64,000 nt of DNA from Macrostomum hystrix. Lineage: Eukaryota > Animalia > Platyhelminthes. Made by a program: the position numbers and the translations under genes. The stretch spans positions 11,532,001 through 11,596,000 of the forward strand of contig CATNEN010000007.1 in NCBI GenBank assembly GCA_950097015.1. Direction: 5' to 3'. Shown one piece after another: positions 12,757 to 23,807 of the stretch; within the stretch, counting starts at the first letter, position 1; every line of letters starts with the position of its first letter. The notes under the pieces are model-generated. The model worked only from the letters and a program-made list of their open reading frames with translations, was not told where the DNA came from and made no database searches.

Positions 12757-12962
12757 CATTTTCTCTAGGTTTGTGTCCAACTCACTTTTTAGGTTGGTGC
12801 CAGTGAACATTAGTGTGACATGGCTCAGCATGGCGTGGTATAGCGCAACACCCCAACATGGCACATAATATTGCAGTGTGGCACAGAGGAAGGGTGGGGT
12901 AGGGCTTGGTGCAGCACAGTTCATGGCACTTGTGCATGAACTTTGTACTAAAATTTCAATAG

Positions 12963-13200
12963 GGCACCAAGGTCCCTAAGCTCAATTTTGTGGCAAGGCC
13001 ACATTATTTGGGGCATAGGCCTTGGCTTATTGCGCTATTTACCCCCTTAAGGGCCAACCTAAATGGTATAGTGAAAGTGTACACTGCCTGATTATGAGAA
13101 AGTCAAGGCAAATATACCCACATTTTAAGCATATGCCTGAGTACAGTATCAGTGTCTATGCTCAGGAGTCAGAAAATTGGCATAATTGCCTAGCTGTGGG
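12963..13200 (+). mobile_element. Degenerate copy of the tRNA-derived SINE family
   Basis: CACCAAGGTCCCT, AGTGAAAGTGTACACTGCCTGA..ATGAGAAAGTCAAGGCA and TGCTCAGGAGTC are shared with other copies. Confidence 0.6.
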
Positions 13201-13231
13201 TTTAATGTCACTAAATGATATGCCATTGCCC

Positions 13232-13801
13232 ATAGGTTCCAAATAAACACCAAAATGGACTACAATGGACCACAATGGATCCCAATGGAATACAGTAAGA
13301 CCAAGGCAGTATTTTTATACTTTATTTTATTGCAAACATTGTGTTTTATTTAAAATTTACATGGTAAAGTTGTTTGATATCAGACTTTATACATGATATT
13401 ATTTATTGTCAAAAGACTGAACTAGAAAAAAAAGAATATAAAAATCTTGACACTGAGTTGTTAAAATTAGTGTCTAAAATCTTCCATAGACTTTTATGTC
13501 AGTCCATCTTTTAAAATGATATGATAGTGAAAACAGAGACAAAAAACTATAAATTTTTAAGCTAGATTGTGCTGCTCTCATGTGTAACTTATTGTTAATT
13601 TTCCTAAATAGCACAAATTGTATTAGTTTCAAGTTTAAATATCATGTTATATTAAAGTAGTTAATATATTAACTAGAAATCAGCAGAGCTCTTTAAGCCC
13701 TATTATAATTTTTTATAAAACTACTGCCTTAGTCCCACTATAGTCATTTGCTGTTTATTTTGGTCTTGTTGTGGTCTGTTTCAGTGTTTACACTGACCTA
13801 T
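13232..13801. mobile_element. Old non-autonomous DNA transposon (MITE) with degenerate inverted termini of about 85 bp
   Basis: Left ATAGGT..TAAACAC..GACCAAGGCAGTATTTTTA mirrors right TAAAACTACTGCCTTAGTC..GTGTTTA..ACCTAT. Interior is AT-rich. Confidence 0.55.
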
Positions 13802-14170
13802 AGCTCTCCTACAGTTATTATTAGCTAATGACCCAAAATGTGCAGTATATAAACATCATATTAATAGTACAATTTCCTATCCTAAATATTCTTAAGCAAC
13901 AACTGCCTACTGCTCAATAGTATTGACAACTGCTAAGTCCTTAATATTAATTGGTAGTTTGCCTATAGGCATGGCTGCCATGCCCCTAACTTCCAGAATT
14001 ATATATGGAAATTATGTTTTTAAGCTAGCTGCAAATAAATTTTATGAGCATGTCTATATTGTCACAGCCTTTGGGTACAGCAGCTATGCACCTAAGTTTT
14101 GTGTATATTTAAATAGCTATGGACCAGTTCAGTTTTCTATGATAGGGACTAAGAGGTGGCAAGAATAATT

Positions 14171-14850
14171 CCATAGTGCAGAAGGACGGGTGTACGACGG
14201 AAATTTCCGTCGTACATTGAGGTTGGTTGTCGTACATGTCGTACATCGTTCATTTTTGCAAGGGCTCTTTGTCGTACATGTCGTACCGTCGTTGGCCACA
14301 GGCCACACTGTCACTGTCGTACATCTCTGACTAGAAAGCTATATGCAATGTATGCATAGCATTTAAAAATACAATTTCGTTTTCATAATTAAATTAAATT
14401 TATTCAAAGTTCTTTTTACGAGGCACAAATAAAATATAATCTTGGCATACTTAATAATAATTTTTTATTATGTGGCACCAAATTTCACATTTTTATATTC
14501 AAGGCCACACAAATGTGCATCCGTTGTTTTAATCTTAACCTTGTTTATTTCTTTTTTGAAATGCGTATCGTTGTATCGTGTTACTGGGAATTGAATTGTG
14601 AATTAATTTATATTATATTAAATTCAATTACTTCAATTCAAGAATTAATTTACTTCAATTACTTGTAAACTTGTTATTACCACTTACAACTTATTATTAC
14701 TCTTTGTCTGGGTCGGGAGTATGTGGGTTTCTGCATTGTAGTTTGTCGTACAAAAAAAAATTACTTAGTTCACTTGTGTTGTACTGTCGTACAGCAGGCT
14801 AAAACTGAAATTTGCCTTCCGTCGTACACAGAAATCCTTCTGCACCATGG
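14171..14850. mobile_element. Non-autonomous hAT-like DNA transposon (680 bp) with 8-bp TSD
   Basis: TIR CCATAGTGCAGAAGGA / TCCTTCTGCACCATGG. Perfect TSD GAATAATT at 14163-14170 and 14851-14858. About 10 subterminal GTCGTAC motifs cluster at both ends. Confidence 0.88.
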
Positions 14851-15949
14851 GAATAATTCTACCAAATTTGAAGTCTGTCATTAAGTGTAGCTAGGCTACT
14901 AGGCCCTAGTTGTTAGGTACCAATTAATTTTAAGGCATATTTCTATATAACATTTTAACAATAAGATTTAAAATCACAGCCTAAAATAGTAATGCATAAC
15001 ATAACTTAACTAAGCCAAAGGATTTTAGGACCCAAAAAACGAATAAAATTACATTACAAAAGCACAGGCACTGCAACTACCTAACTGACAACTCTGTGAT
15101 GGCTTTGATATAAAAACTGGTATGAAACCTTGAATAGCGACAATGTAACAGTATGTACTGATATCAATTAGGCCCTAGCAGAAGTATAAACATTCAATTG
15201 ACCGACCCTTGTATGATAAAAGTTCAAAGCGATCTATTGCTGTAGATCCCTATGCAAAACATGACCTAACGTGCAAAAACCAAAAATATTGAAAAAATGC
15301 ACAAACTGAAGTCATTGCAATTGATAAGCTCACATAACGATTTATCACTAATTCTACTCGAATCACTGCACATTCAACTTTACACTTAAGTATTAATAAC
15401 ACTGTCCCTAGAAAGTAGATTTTTCATTTAAAATTAAAAGTGCGAACTTTAAGAATGCATTGTAACAAAAAAAATAATTTTAGAAGCGAAAATTATTGTG
15501 TCACTAAATAATCATTTGATTAATGAAAATCACTATACATCGGAAGTGAAAAAATTAAATTAAAATTTTGTTGAGGACATTTTCAATACATTGAAAACTA
15601 AAGTGTTCTCCAATCTCGTCAATCCATTTTCCAAATGGATAAAGCGAGTTCGGTATAAGATAAAAGCCGGATAAAGGCAATACCCGATTTACCTGAATGG
15701 AACCATCGAAAAAAACCCAAGGAAAAACTACACTAGAAAGAAAAAACAAAGATACAACAACGAAAGTGACCGAAGGGGTCACGCTCCACTGAACCCAAAC
15801 AATATATTATGAACTAATAGATGCCGGCATATACCAGCATGGTGCTGGGCTGCGTACCTGCGCCGTGGAGAGAGGCGCGCGAGGTCTTTCTTCTCAAGCC
15901 CGCTAAAGATGACTATCTGACTGTCAATGCATACCGCCCGGTTATCCTG

Positions 15950-16535
15950 ACGTCCTTCTTTCTGTAGAGCTAAAGCGCGGGCAACCAGCACGCCTTCCGG
16001 GCTGGCCGGTCAAGAGCGCCATTCATGTCATCATGGAGGCCCTGGAACGTGGAGGCCCAGTGCTATGATCCGGCTATGCTCTTTCGGTCTTAATTCCTGG
16101 AAACGCACCCGCACCTCACTCGCTGGATCATGTAAGTGATCCGGAACAGTACTGTTGTGGCCCACCAGAACGGCTGCTGACGCTCTGCGCCGGTCCGGAA
16201 AGGGGGCCCCTTTTATGTCATTACCTAGTCTTTACGGGGGCACGGATGAAATATATTGGGCCAAACCCAACGCACTCTGGCGTTTGCAGACCCGAGAGCA
16301 TCCCGATGCTCACCTGGTACCTCAGGGACGCCAGGAGAGCCGACTTCTTACCCACTGCCGTTGGTGCGGAAGAGCGCACTGGAGGCGAGACCGACGGGTC
16401 CCTCTGAGCAACACCACCTCGCGAGAGGTCGTCTGGTTGCCAGGGGCTAGCGAAATGGGTGGCTCCCACCACCTCCTCGCTGCATCCGTTCGGGCTCGTG
16501 CACCCTGCAGCTACGTCAAGTAAGTCAGTCAAGAT
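15950..16535 (+). mobile_element. Heavily degenerate RTE-type LINE 3' remnant
   Basis: Frameshifted echoes of RTE ORF2 C-terminal motifs (PAMLF..S.W for LLYGSETW; RMKYIG/QTQR for RLRWIGHTLR; MLTW..RR; LARGR). Ends in a CAAGTAAGTCAGTCAAG tail. The 5' boundary is uncertain. Confidence 0.45.
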
Positions 16536-16969
16536 CCCGGCCTGAGTACATAGGAAGCTAGCTCAGAAAATCAAAATCAAAGTCACGTCATTAACTTTTT
16601 TTACTATATTATACAATTTTTAAACGTGTATTTACGGCTCCATATTATTTACTGCTGCTCATGAGCAGGCATAGCTACAAACTACTGTTGCAAAGGTAAA
16701 AACCCATGCATGATAGCTTAGTGCCATATTGTGTTGGTTATTTGCGACCAAACTTGTCCCTGAAACACGCGAGCCACAAAATCAAGCAAATCGATTTACT
16801 CATAGAATTAGTCTGTCTTCATGACACCCAACAAGCTCACAAAAATACATGCTTGATACCAGAACGAAAATACCCATTTGATTAATATCGGCGAATTCCG
16901 CCATTTCAGTCACATATATGAAAAAACTCTCAGTTTGTTCAACTAAAGCGGAATATTGGGACCAGAGAT

Positions 16970-18376
16970 TTAAGCCGGAGAAATTAGCTGCGATTCCTCA
17001 GTAAAAGCTTCTTCCTCTGGCTCCGGCTGATCCTCGAGGTCCAATTGCATCAGCGGAAAGGCAAGAGGAAAAGACACGTACCGAGTGTAGGCGAGACAGG
17101 TGACAAGCAGAAGAAAGTTGAGGGCGTGAGTTGCGCAGTGCGTGTAGTCCGAATTGCTTGTTATGGCTGGGAGGACGACTTCCATCGTAAATTCGCGCAC
17201 CAAATAGCGAAGTAAATAGGCTAGACTCCATATGCTGAAAGCGATTCCCACCAGCAGGAGTTTGTGGTCTTTTGTGCTGATGGTGACGATGAACTCATAC
17301 ACAGCAACCATTGTGATGATCTCCGAAAAGCCGTCAAGAAACGCTGCCGAGCAGAAAATGGTGCTAGTCAGTATGGGACTGGCGGGTCCTAGGTTCGCAA
17401 AAAGCAGATCTGCCACAAAGCAAACAAGAGCAACGGTGGCTGCAATCGATATGCCAGTCTGAATTCGTATCTCGCGCGATATGAACGGAACTCGCTTTAT
17501 CACACCTAAAAGAATCAAGAGTACACTGGTTCCAAGCATTGCAGCCATGTGCACAAAGCGGGGTACATCGGTTCCCTTCATTCGGCTTAGAAGACTAGCC
17601 TCAGCTGAAGTATTCTTGGCAGAGTTTCTTGAATAGATAAGCACTTCTTCCTGATAGCCATCGATGTGGCCATCGTACAATGGAATGGCGAACAGTGTGA
17701 AGGCAGTGAGAATCCGAAACCACCGAGTCAGCCGCTTCAGCGTGGGTAGCTCGACAAGATGTCTAACTGGATCTTCCTTCAATGTGGTAGAAAGCGAAAG
17801 GAAAAGCAAGCTGAGACACACACCTACTACTGTTAAGTAACCGTAGCCATGTGTGTTAGTCGTCAATTCTGAAGTGACGAACACGCCAAGCCAGATAGAA
17901 ACATCGGCAGTATAGTAGTACAATGTCACCAGTACCATGAGGCTCTTTTTCTCCCAGCTCAGGCGAACAAAGCCATAGAAGAGGCATGGCAGCAGCAGAC
18001 CCATGTAGAGCGGGTGCAGAATCCAGACGAATGCATAGAAGGCAGGCTTGCAGATCAGTCCCAGCGAGATGCTTCCAGCCAGCAGGGCAGCTGCCATAGA
18101 CATGAGTGCGCCGCCGCCGATTAGTACAGGCCGGAACCCGATGCGCCGATTGACCATCAGACCGCCGACGACGGAGAGTGCGTACCCGAAGTGTATCGTA
18201 TTCATTATTGGATTTCTCGTCACATTAGCCATTTCCGGCAGATTTTTTATGCGACAGGAGCCATTCACAGTATGGTAGACGTTGCTGTTGTAAAGCTCAT
18301 ATTCGAAGGTCATAAACTGGTTTACTGACTTAAGAGCAACCATTGTCAGAAGACTTGTCCAGAGCAGCGGGGACAT
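16970..18376 (-). CDS. Intronless 468-aa polytopic membrane protein, highly divergent MFS POT/PTR2 (SLC15)-like transporter, paralog A
   Basis: About 11-12 hydrophobic segments. YALSVVGGLMVNRRIGFRPVLIGG resembles the POT TM2-TM3 loop (PLIGGxLADRxLGRYxTI). FSEIITMVAVYEFIVTISTKDHKLLLVG resembles POT TM10 (ISEIxxSITGLEFAYSQAPxSMKS). Acidic dileucine-like tail EESQLI. Confidence 0.8.
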   Translation of the reverse strand: MSPLLWTSLLTMVALKSVNQFMTFEYELYNSNVYHTVNGSCRIKNLPEMANVTRNPIMNTIHFGYALSVVGGLMVNRRIGFRPVLIGGGALMSMAAALLAGSISLGLICKPAFYAFVWILHPLYMGLLLPCLFYGFVRLSWEKKSLMVLVTLYYYTADVSIWLGVFVTSELTTNTHGYGYLTVVGVCLSLLFLSLSTTLKEDPVRHLVELPTLKRLTRWFRILTAFTLFAIPLYDGHIDGYQEEVLIYSRNSAKNTSAEASLLSRMKGTDVPRFVHMAAMLGTSVLLILLGVIKRVPFISREIRIQTGISIAATVALVCFVADLLFANLGPASPILTSTIFCSAAFLDGFSEIITMVAVYEFIVTISTKDHKLLLVGIAFSIWSLAYLLRYLVREFTMEVVLPAITSNSDYTHCATHALNFLLLVTCLAYTRYVSFPLAFPLMQLDLEDQPEPEEEAFTEESQLISPA

Positions 18377-19097
18377 TTTTTAAAGGACAGTTGAATTTCA
18401 ATTCAATCAGCTGCAATTTCCTTGAGTACCAAGCTTTTCTCTTTCACAAAGTGAGGGCCCGATACTTAGCCACAGTAGCAAATTTGTGCAATTCTTGCAC
18501 ACCTCTTCATGGAAGTCTTGTGCTTGGCTAGGAAGACTGTTTACCAGCACTGCTTGCAGCATTCTACAAGCCCTCCCTCAGTGTACTGGTTTTTAAAGTG
18601 CAGTGCGTGACCACGCGACGCTGTTGCGCAGGAAGTGAACGACTGTCTTATTGCAGCCGTATTAACATTTACCTGTGTGTCCCGAGTCCGCATCACCCCA
18701 AAGTGTAGGACAGTGTTCATGTACCATCTGCACTTCTCATCACATGTACACTCTCCCTCCTGCTCTCTCCGATGTGCACTTCAAACCCTACCTCAATCTG
18801 GCAATTTGGCCCTCCAGTTATTACGTAACAACTTCTCTGAGTACAGCGTACTCTGAACTGAATGTCTGATTGGTCATTTTTTTATCAAATATTTGATTTC
18901 AAATTATACTTATTATATAATTACTATTATAATTTTTTTCTGATAACGAAGTGATTTTACATTTTATATCTATTTACGTTACAAACAATGAAATTTTTAC
19001 AAAATATGCCGTCGGTCTTCTATCGTACGAGTATCAACCATGACATTCCGAACACGTTTCTTAAATTCCCAACGTGTTTGCAACAGCAGTAGTGTAG

Positions 19098-20175
19098 TGT
19101 CAGCTTGTTTGCCCTTCTATTATTCAGTACTTATTTTTAGACACGTGTATTTTGCTAAGTCACCCACGCCAAGCCGGGCCGGACCAGCTGGAGGAACGGA
19201 CGCCCACCACCCCGCGAGCGCTACCCCTGGGCTACGGTCCCGGCCAATCAGCGAGCGATCCGGCCTCACTACCTGTCTACCCTCGGCAAGAAGCGACCCC
19301 GGGGCTCGCTTCGGTCGCAAGTCGCGGTCGCAAGTCTACTGTGATTTGTCGCCTTGGCTCAAGCTACAGCCAGGCATCCACCTCGCCGATCGACCTAATT
19401 TGGGGTTAAAATGACTCTATATAACGAAGCGTGTTTTTGTAGTCCAAATTATCTTTTCTTCGCAATTCGCCTCACACTGTGAGAAGCACGTGCAAACCAG
19501 TCCACTTGTTTTGTCCCTCCCCGCCCGACCACGCTCCGCTTGTTCAGTTAGGTAGCTTTCGGCGCTACGCGTCTTGAGAGTGCGCCGCTGACAAGGGTGG
19601 TCTAGATAGGCGCTGGTTGTCGAAGTCAGTACGTGCTCTCTTCGGAGACTCCGCCGTCAGGCAGAAGGAGTGCCAACCGATAGGATCTGTCGGGGCAGCG
19701 CTGAAAGCAGAGACAACCGGAGCCTCTCGGGAAGAGTAGGGCGCGGATTAGGCCAGTTAAGTAAAATTGTTATATCCAAATTGTTAGACCAGACTTGCTT
19801 CTCACTGTGAGCGCGCTATAATTTATTTCTGTGTGAACATCTATTCTGTCAGTATAACTTTTAAGTCAAGTAAACGATATTCAAAGTAATTCCTATTCGT
19901 ATCTGGAATCTTAGTCACAGCCGATTAGCTCACTCCTAATCAAATTATTCGAGTCTTCGCGTTCATACTGTGTTATTCTTTTTCATTGGGAGTTTCGCCG
20001 GGCCGGAGGAACACTCTGGTCTCATCGCTTATCTATTCCACTTCGCTCGCTACCAGTCTCTAACGCTATTTAATTCCAGATTTCCCTGCTGCTATTGAAA
20101 CGATTGGTAGGACACCGACCCCGGTGAATAGTGAATAGTCGCTAGCTTTAAATTCCTCACGCTCCAGCTAGGACA
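19098..20175 (+). mobile_element. Possible solo LTR (about 1.1 kb)
   Basis: TGTCAGCT...AGCTAGGACA imperfect inverted ends, GC-rich 5' part and TATATAA at 19418. No TSD found. Confidence 0.3.
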
Positions 20176-20376
20176 TTCATTTTATTACAGTAGTGCATTA
20201 GACTGGCAGGTCAAAAGCATTTTATTAGCAAATTCTAATTTTACTGAACTAAATTCTTGCTGGCTATTCCTTCGTACATAGCAGAGGTCGATATCGAAAT
20301 CCTTGTCTTCAACAATATCCTGCAAAATTCTATCTCTGCCCTGATTTGAGTAAAGTTCTACAAACATATAGGTAGC

Positions 20377-20580
20377 AAGGTAGGTTTAATTTCTCAAGCC
20401 TTGATTAACGACTAATCATTGCAAGAAATAATCAAAGGAACCCGCGAAACTATTTTTAGAAAGGATGTCTTAGAAATTATCAGTTACAACAAGCCTCTGC
20501 GCCTGAACCAGGCAGGCAGCCCTTGAAATCTTTGAAGTTGGTGCAAAACTATAAATTCATCATGTGTATTTTGCCTATCT
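20377..20580 (+). repeat. About 200-bp inverted copy of 23593-23790
   Basis: AAGGTAGGTTTAATTTCTCAAGCCTTGAT...CATGTGTATTTTGCCTATCT is the reverse complement of AGATAGGCAAAATACACATG...ATCAAGGCTTGAGAAATTAAACCTACCTT. Confidence 0.9.
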
Positions 20581-20733
20581 GTCCCAAACTGCGATACTAC
20601 TCGTAAATAGGTGATCTTATGTGACTGGGATAGAATAGAATCAATAGAATCTCACCGACTAGGATTAAAAAACCCGGAAGTCGATTCGAATATTGAAGCG
20701 CACTTGCGTGTACTAAACTAGAGTAAATATTTC

Positions 20734-21365
20734 TTGCTTTGCGAGCGCTTTGTATACCTCGGCGGCCTCGTGCCAGACGTTGCCGACGACCTGGTGAAAC
20801 GACGAGGACTGGCCTGGGTCGCACTTCGATCTGTGCGCTCCGTGCTCCAATCTAAGGCCCTGGACGACGGGCTCAAGGCCCGGCTGTTTCAGGCAGTCGT
20901 TGAGACTGTCCTGTTGTGCAACGCCGAGACTTGGACCCTGACGGACGCCTTGGAGAGGCAGCTGGACGCTGCGCATGCGGTCATGCTGCATGTGGCTTTC
21001 GGAGTGCGCAGCGGCCCAGGCAGCGAAACCAACGCCGCGCTCTACACTAGGGCGCGCTTGATGCGGCCTTCTGACCTGCTGCGCGGGCGGCGACTTCGAT
21101 TGGCTGGCCACGTTATCCGGTCGGAGGCCCGCTGTCCTGAGCAGCTACACGACGTGCTGCTGCTCAAGCTGCAGGGACCGCGCAGGCGAGGTCAAGGGCG
21201 AACGGTGCGATACCCTGACCGGCTTCTGAGGGACGCTGGCGCCCCAGACCAAGCAGGGGTATGCGACTTTTTGAGGGCGATGGCCCAGAGACGCGCTTTC
21301 TGACTGCTCCCCCCTTTCTGGCCACTGCGTGGCTGGCGGGAGCAGTACCTTGTTATTGTTGTTGC
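20734..21365 (+). mobile_element. 5'-truncated RTE-clade non-LTR retrotransposon (ORF2 C-terminus, 3' UTR hairpin, TTG-rich tail)
   Basis: FVYLG, VLLCNAETWTL, RRLRLAGHVIR and RRRGQGR motifs. Stop at 21303. Hairpin ACTGCTCCC...GGGAGCAGT at 21303-21346. Tail TTGTTATTGTTGTTG. Confidence 0.88.
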
Positions 21366-21407
21366 AGTGTAAGCTTTAATAAAATTGTTAGCGTAGAAAG
21401 AAAAAAC

Positions 21408-21890
21408 TCAGTCAATGTCTGGCGACTCCATGCGCGAAAGGCTGTTAGCCAGTTGAAAGGACACGTGGCGACTGTAAACGAGGCCCAGGGCTGCCAGCAG
21501 AAGACTGAGGGCGGGCCTGACGCAAATCGCACATCGCTTGCCCGTTGTCAGCCGAAGCAGCAAAAAGTTCACGGTGAAGCGTCTCAGTAGGAACTGGACA
21601 ATGCCAGACAGGCTCCATACGTTGAATAAAATGCCAATCAAGAACTGCTTCTGATTCATTGGGCTGATTTCATCCAGAAATTAAAAAATCTACGCTTTCA
21701 GAACAAATCTGGCGACTCCGTCAATGAAGGCTGCAGTGCAGAAAATCAATGTGTTGAGAACTGGCGACGAAGGTCCTCGGACGCTCAGAACGATTTCAGT
21801 GATGAAGCAGGTCAGACTAGAAATGATTGCAAGGACTGCTCCCAGCTTGATTCTGATTTCATATGAGATAAATTGCATGCGGGCAGAGAT
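21408..21890 (-). pseudogene. 3' half of POT-like paralog B, broken by a stop/frameshift and truncated by the gypsy fragment
   Basis: ISYEIRIKLG..GPSSPVLNTLIFCTAAFIDG aligns with ISREIRIQTG..GPASPILTSTIFCSAAFLDG of paralog A. QKQFLIGILFNVWSL and YSRHVSFQLA align with HKLLLVGIAFSIWSL and YTRYVSFPLA. Confidence 0.82.
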
Positions 21891-22002
21891 TCCCAGAGCC
21901 GGCTATGGAAATTATTTCTGCCGAAAGGAAAATGCAGTACGCTGGATTGAAAGGACTTTTTATCTTTCGTAAAAGACTCAGCTCAGCTCAAGCTCAGCTC
22001 AA

Positions 22003-23389
22003 TCCTGGTGGCCAGGATTGGACAAGCAGCTGGAGGTGGCCGTCAAGTCCTGCCGGATCTGCGCCCTCAACCAGGCTGACCCACCCAAGGCGCCGGTGCA
22101 ACCGTGGCCGTTTCCGTCAGAGCCGTGGGCGCGGCTACATCTGGACTTCGCCGGTCCGGTTAACGGCCGCACCTACCTGGTGATCGTAGACGCCTTCAGC
22201 AAGTGGCCGGAAGTTTTCCAAGTGCACAACACGACGTCTGCGGCCACGATCGACCGGCTCCGCGAGGTCTTTGCCAGACTGGGCATCCCCCGAGTGCTGG
22301 TCTCTGACAACGGTGCGCAGTTCGCCTCTGCGGAGTTCACGGAGTTCACCAGGCGCAACGGAATCCGCCATATCTTCTCCGCGCCGTTCCACCCTGCTAC
22401 GAACGGCCAGGCGGAGAGATTCGTGCAGGTGCTCAAGCGACACCTCCTCAAGAGCGGGCACTCGACGGCAGCACTGCAGCAGATGCTGATGTCATACCGC
22501 AACACGCCGCACTCAATCACCGGCGACGCTCCCAGCCAGCTGCTCATCGGCTGCAAACTGCGCAATCGGCTCGACCTGCTGATGCCATCGCTGGTGAGCA
22601 ACATGCAGCGGCGCCACGAACGCCAGGTGGAGCAACAGCCGCAGGCGCGCGAGTTCCAAGCCGGCGACCGAATTCTACTGCGCGACTTCAGCTCCAACGC
22701 AAGGACTGGCGGCGGAACCCGCTGGGCCGAAGGCACCGTCGTGTCCGCCGGGTCCCGCAACTGCGACGTCGAGGTCGGCGGCGCCCTCTATCGGCGGCAC
22801 ACTGACCAGTTGCTGACGAGCTCGCTGCCGGATGCTACCCTGGAGCCACCGGCCAGAATCGCTGATGAGCCGCCGCTGCCGCCCACCGAGCCAAGCGGAG
22901 GCAACGGCAGCAACGATGCGCCGCCGGATGCCGCGGTCGCCGAAGCCGCTGACAGGTCGGCCAGCCCGACCAGGCGCTACCCTGAACGTCTGCAGCTTTG
23001 ATGATTGACTTGACTCTGACTCTGATTGCATAACGAACTTTGGGGATGCTTAGAACCTTAGGGGGGAGATGTCGGATAGCTTAGCAAAAGTACTATTTGC
23101 GCGCCACTCTATGACAGCTAGTTATTGTCATTCCAATACTCGCTATTTGCTATCTGCATGGCTATAGTTCACGTGCACCCATGTCACCCCACTGTGCTGT
23201 TTTTTAGATTTCCAATGCTTACTTTCTCTCACTGGTGCAAGGCGCTGTAGCACCCACCCCTAATCTCCTAACAATGCTGAGTCAGCCATTGAGTCGTACT
23301 AGTACAATAAATATGACTGCGCGGACGCTAATGAATGCGTGCTTGTTTTCTACTCCTAACTTACTCGTCTCAGAACCCATAATTTCACA
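22003..23389 (+). mobile_element. Second Ty3/gypsy fragment: intact integrase core, PPT and 3' LTR
   Basis: WWPGLD, CRIC, LHLDFAGP, VSDNG and NGQAERFV (DDE intact); stop at 23001. PPT AGGGGGGAGA, LTR starts TGT at 23070, AATAAA at about 23306. The LTR end (about 23389, ..TTTCACA) is uncertain. Confidence 0.9.
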
Positions 23390-23807
23390 ATTTTCATAAC
23401 TGAGAGAGTTAGCAGGTTGCTCACAATTGCCATTTTCCTATTTCTCTAGCTTGACTGAGTCTTGGGAGCTTCGCTTTGCGTTTTTGGTTCACAAAAACTA
23501 ACTATCTAGCGATGACCGTCAGTCATCAGTCTTTTTAACATATCATGGAAGGCTATTCACAGATCTGAGGACGTTGCTATTGCTGACCACAGAGATAGGC
23601 AAAATACACATGATGAATTTATAGTTTTGCACCAACTCAAAGATTTCAAGGGCTGCCTGCCTGGTTCAGGCGCAGAAGCTTGTTGTAACTGATCATTTCT
23701 AAGACATTCTTTTAGTTTCGCGCGAGTTCCACTAATTATTTCTTATAAAAATTAGTAGTTGATCAAGGCTTGAGAAATTAAACCTACCTTCCATCCTCCA
23801 TCCTCCA

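Noticed and set aside
15780-16545. HDV-like ribozyme in the GC-rich block
   Set aside because: No P1/P3/L3 pairing could be built. A degenerate RTE coding remnant explains the block better.
12000-23001. The two gypsy pieces as one split or complementing element (one lacks the integrase core, the other has only integrase)
   Set aside because: Their overlapping integrase sequences and LTRs differ, and the first element is closed by its own LTRs and TSD.
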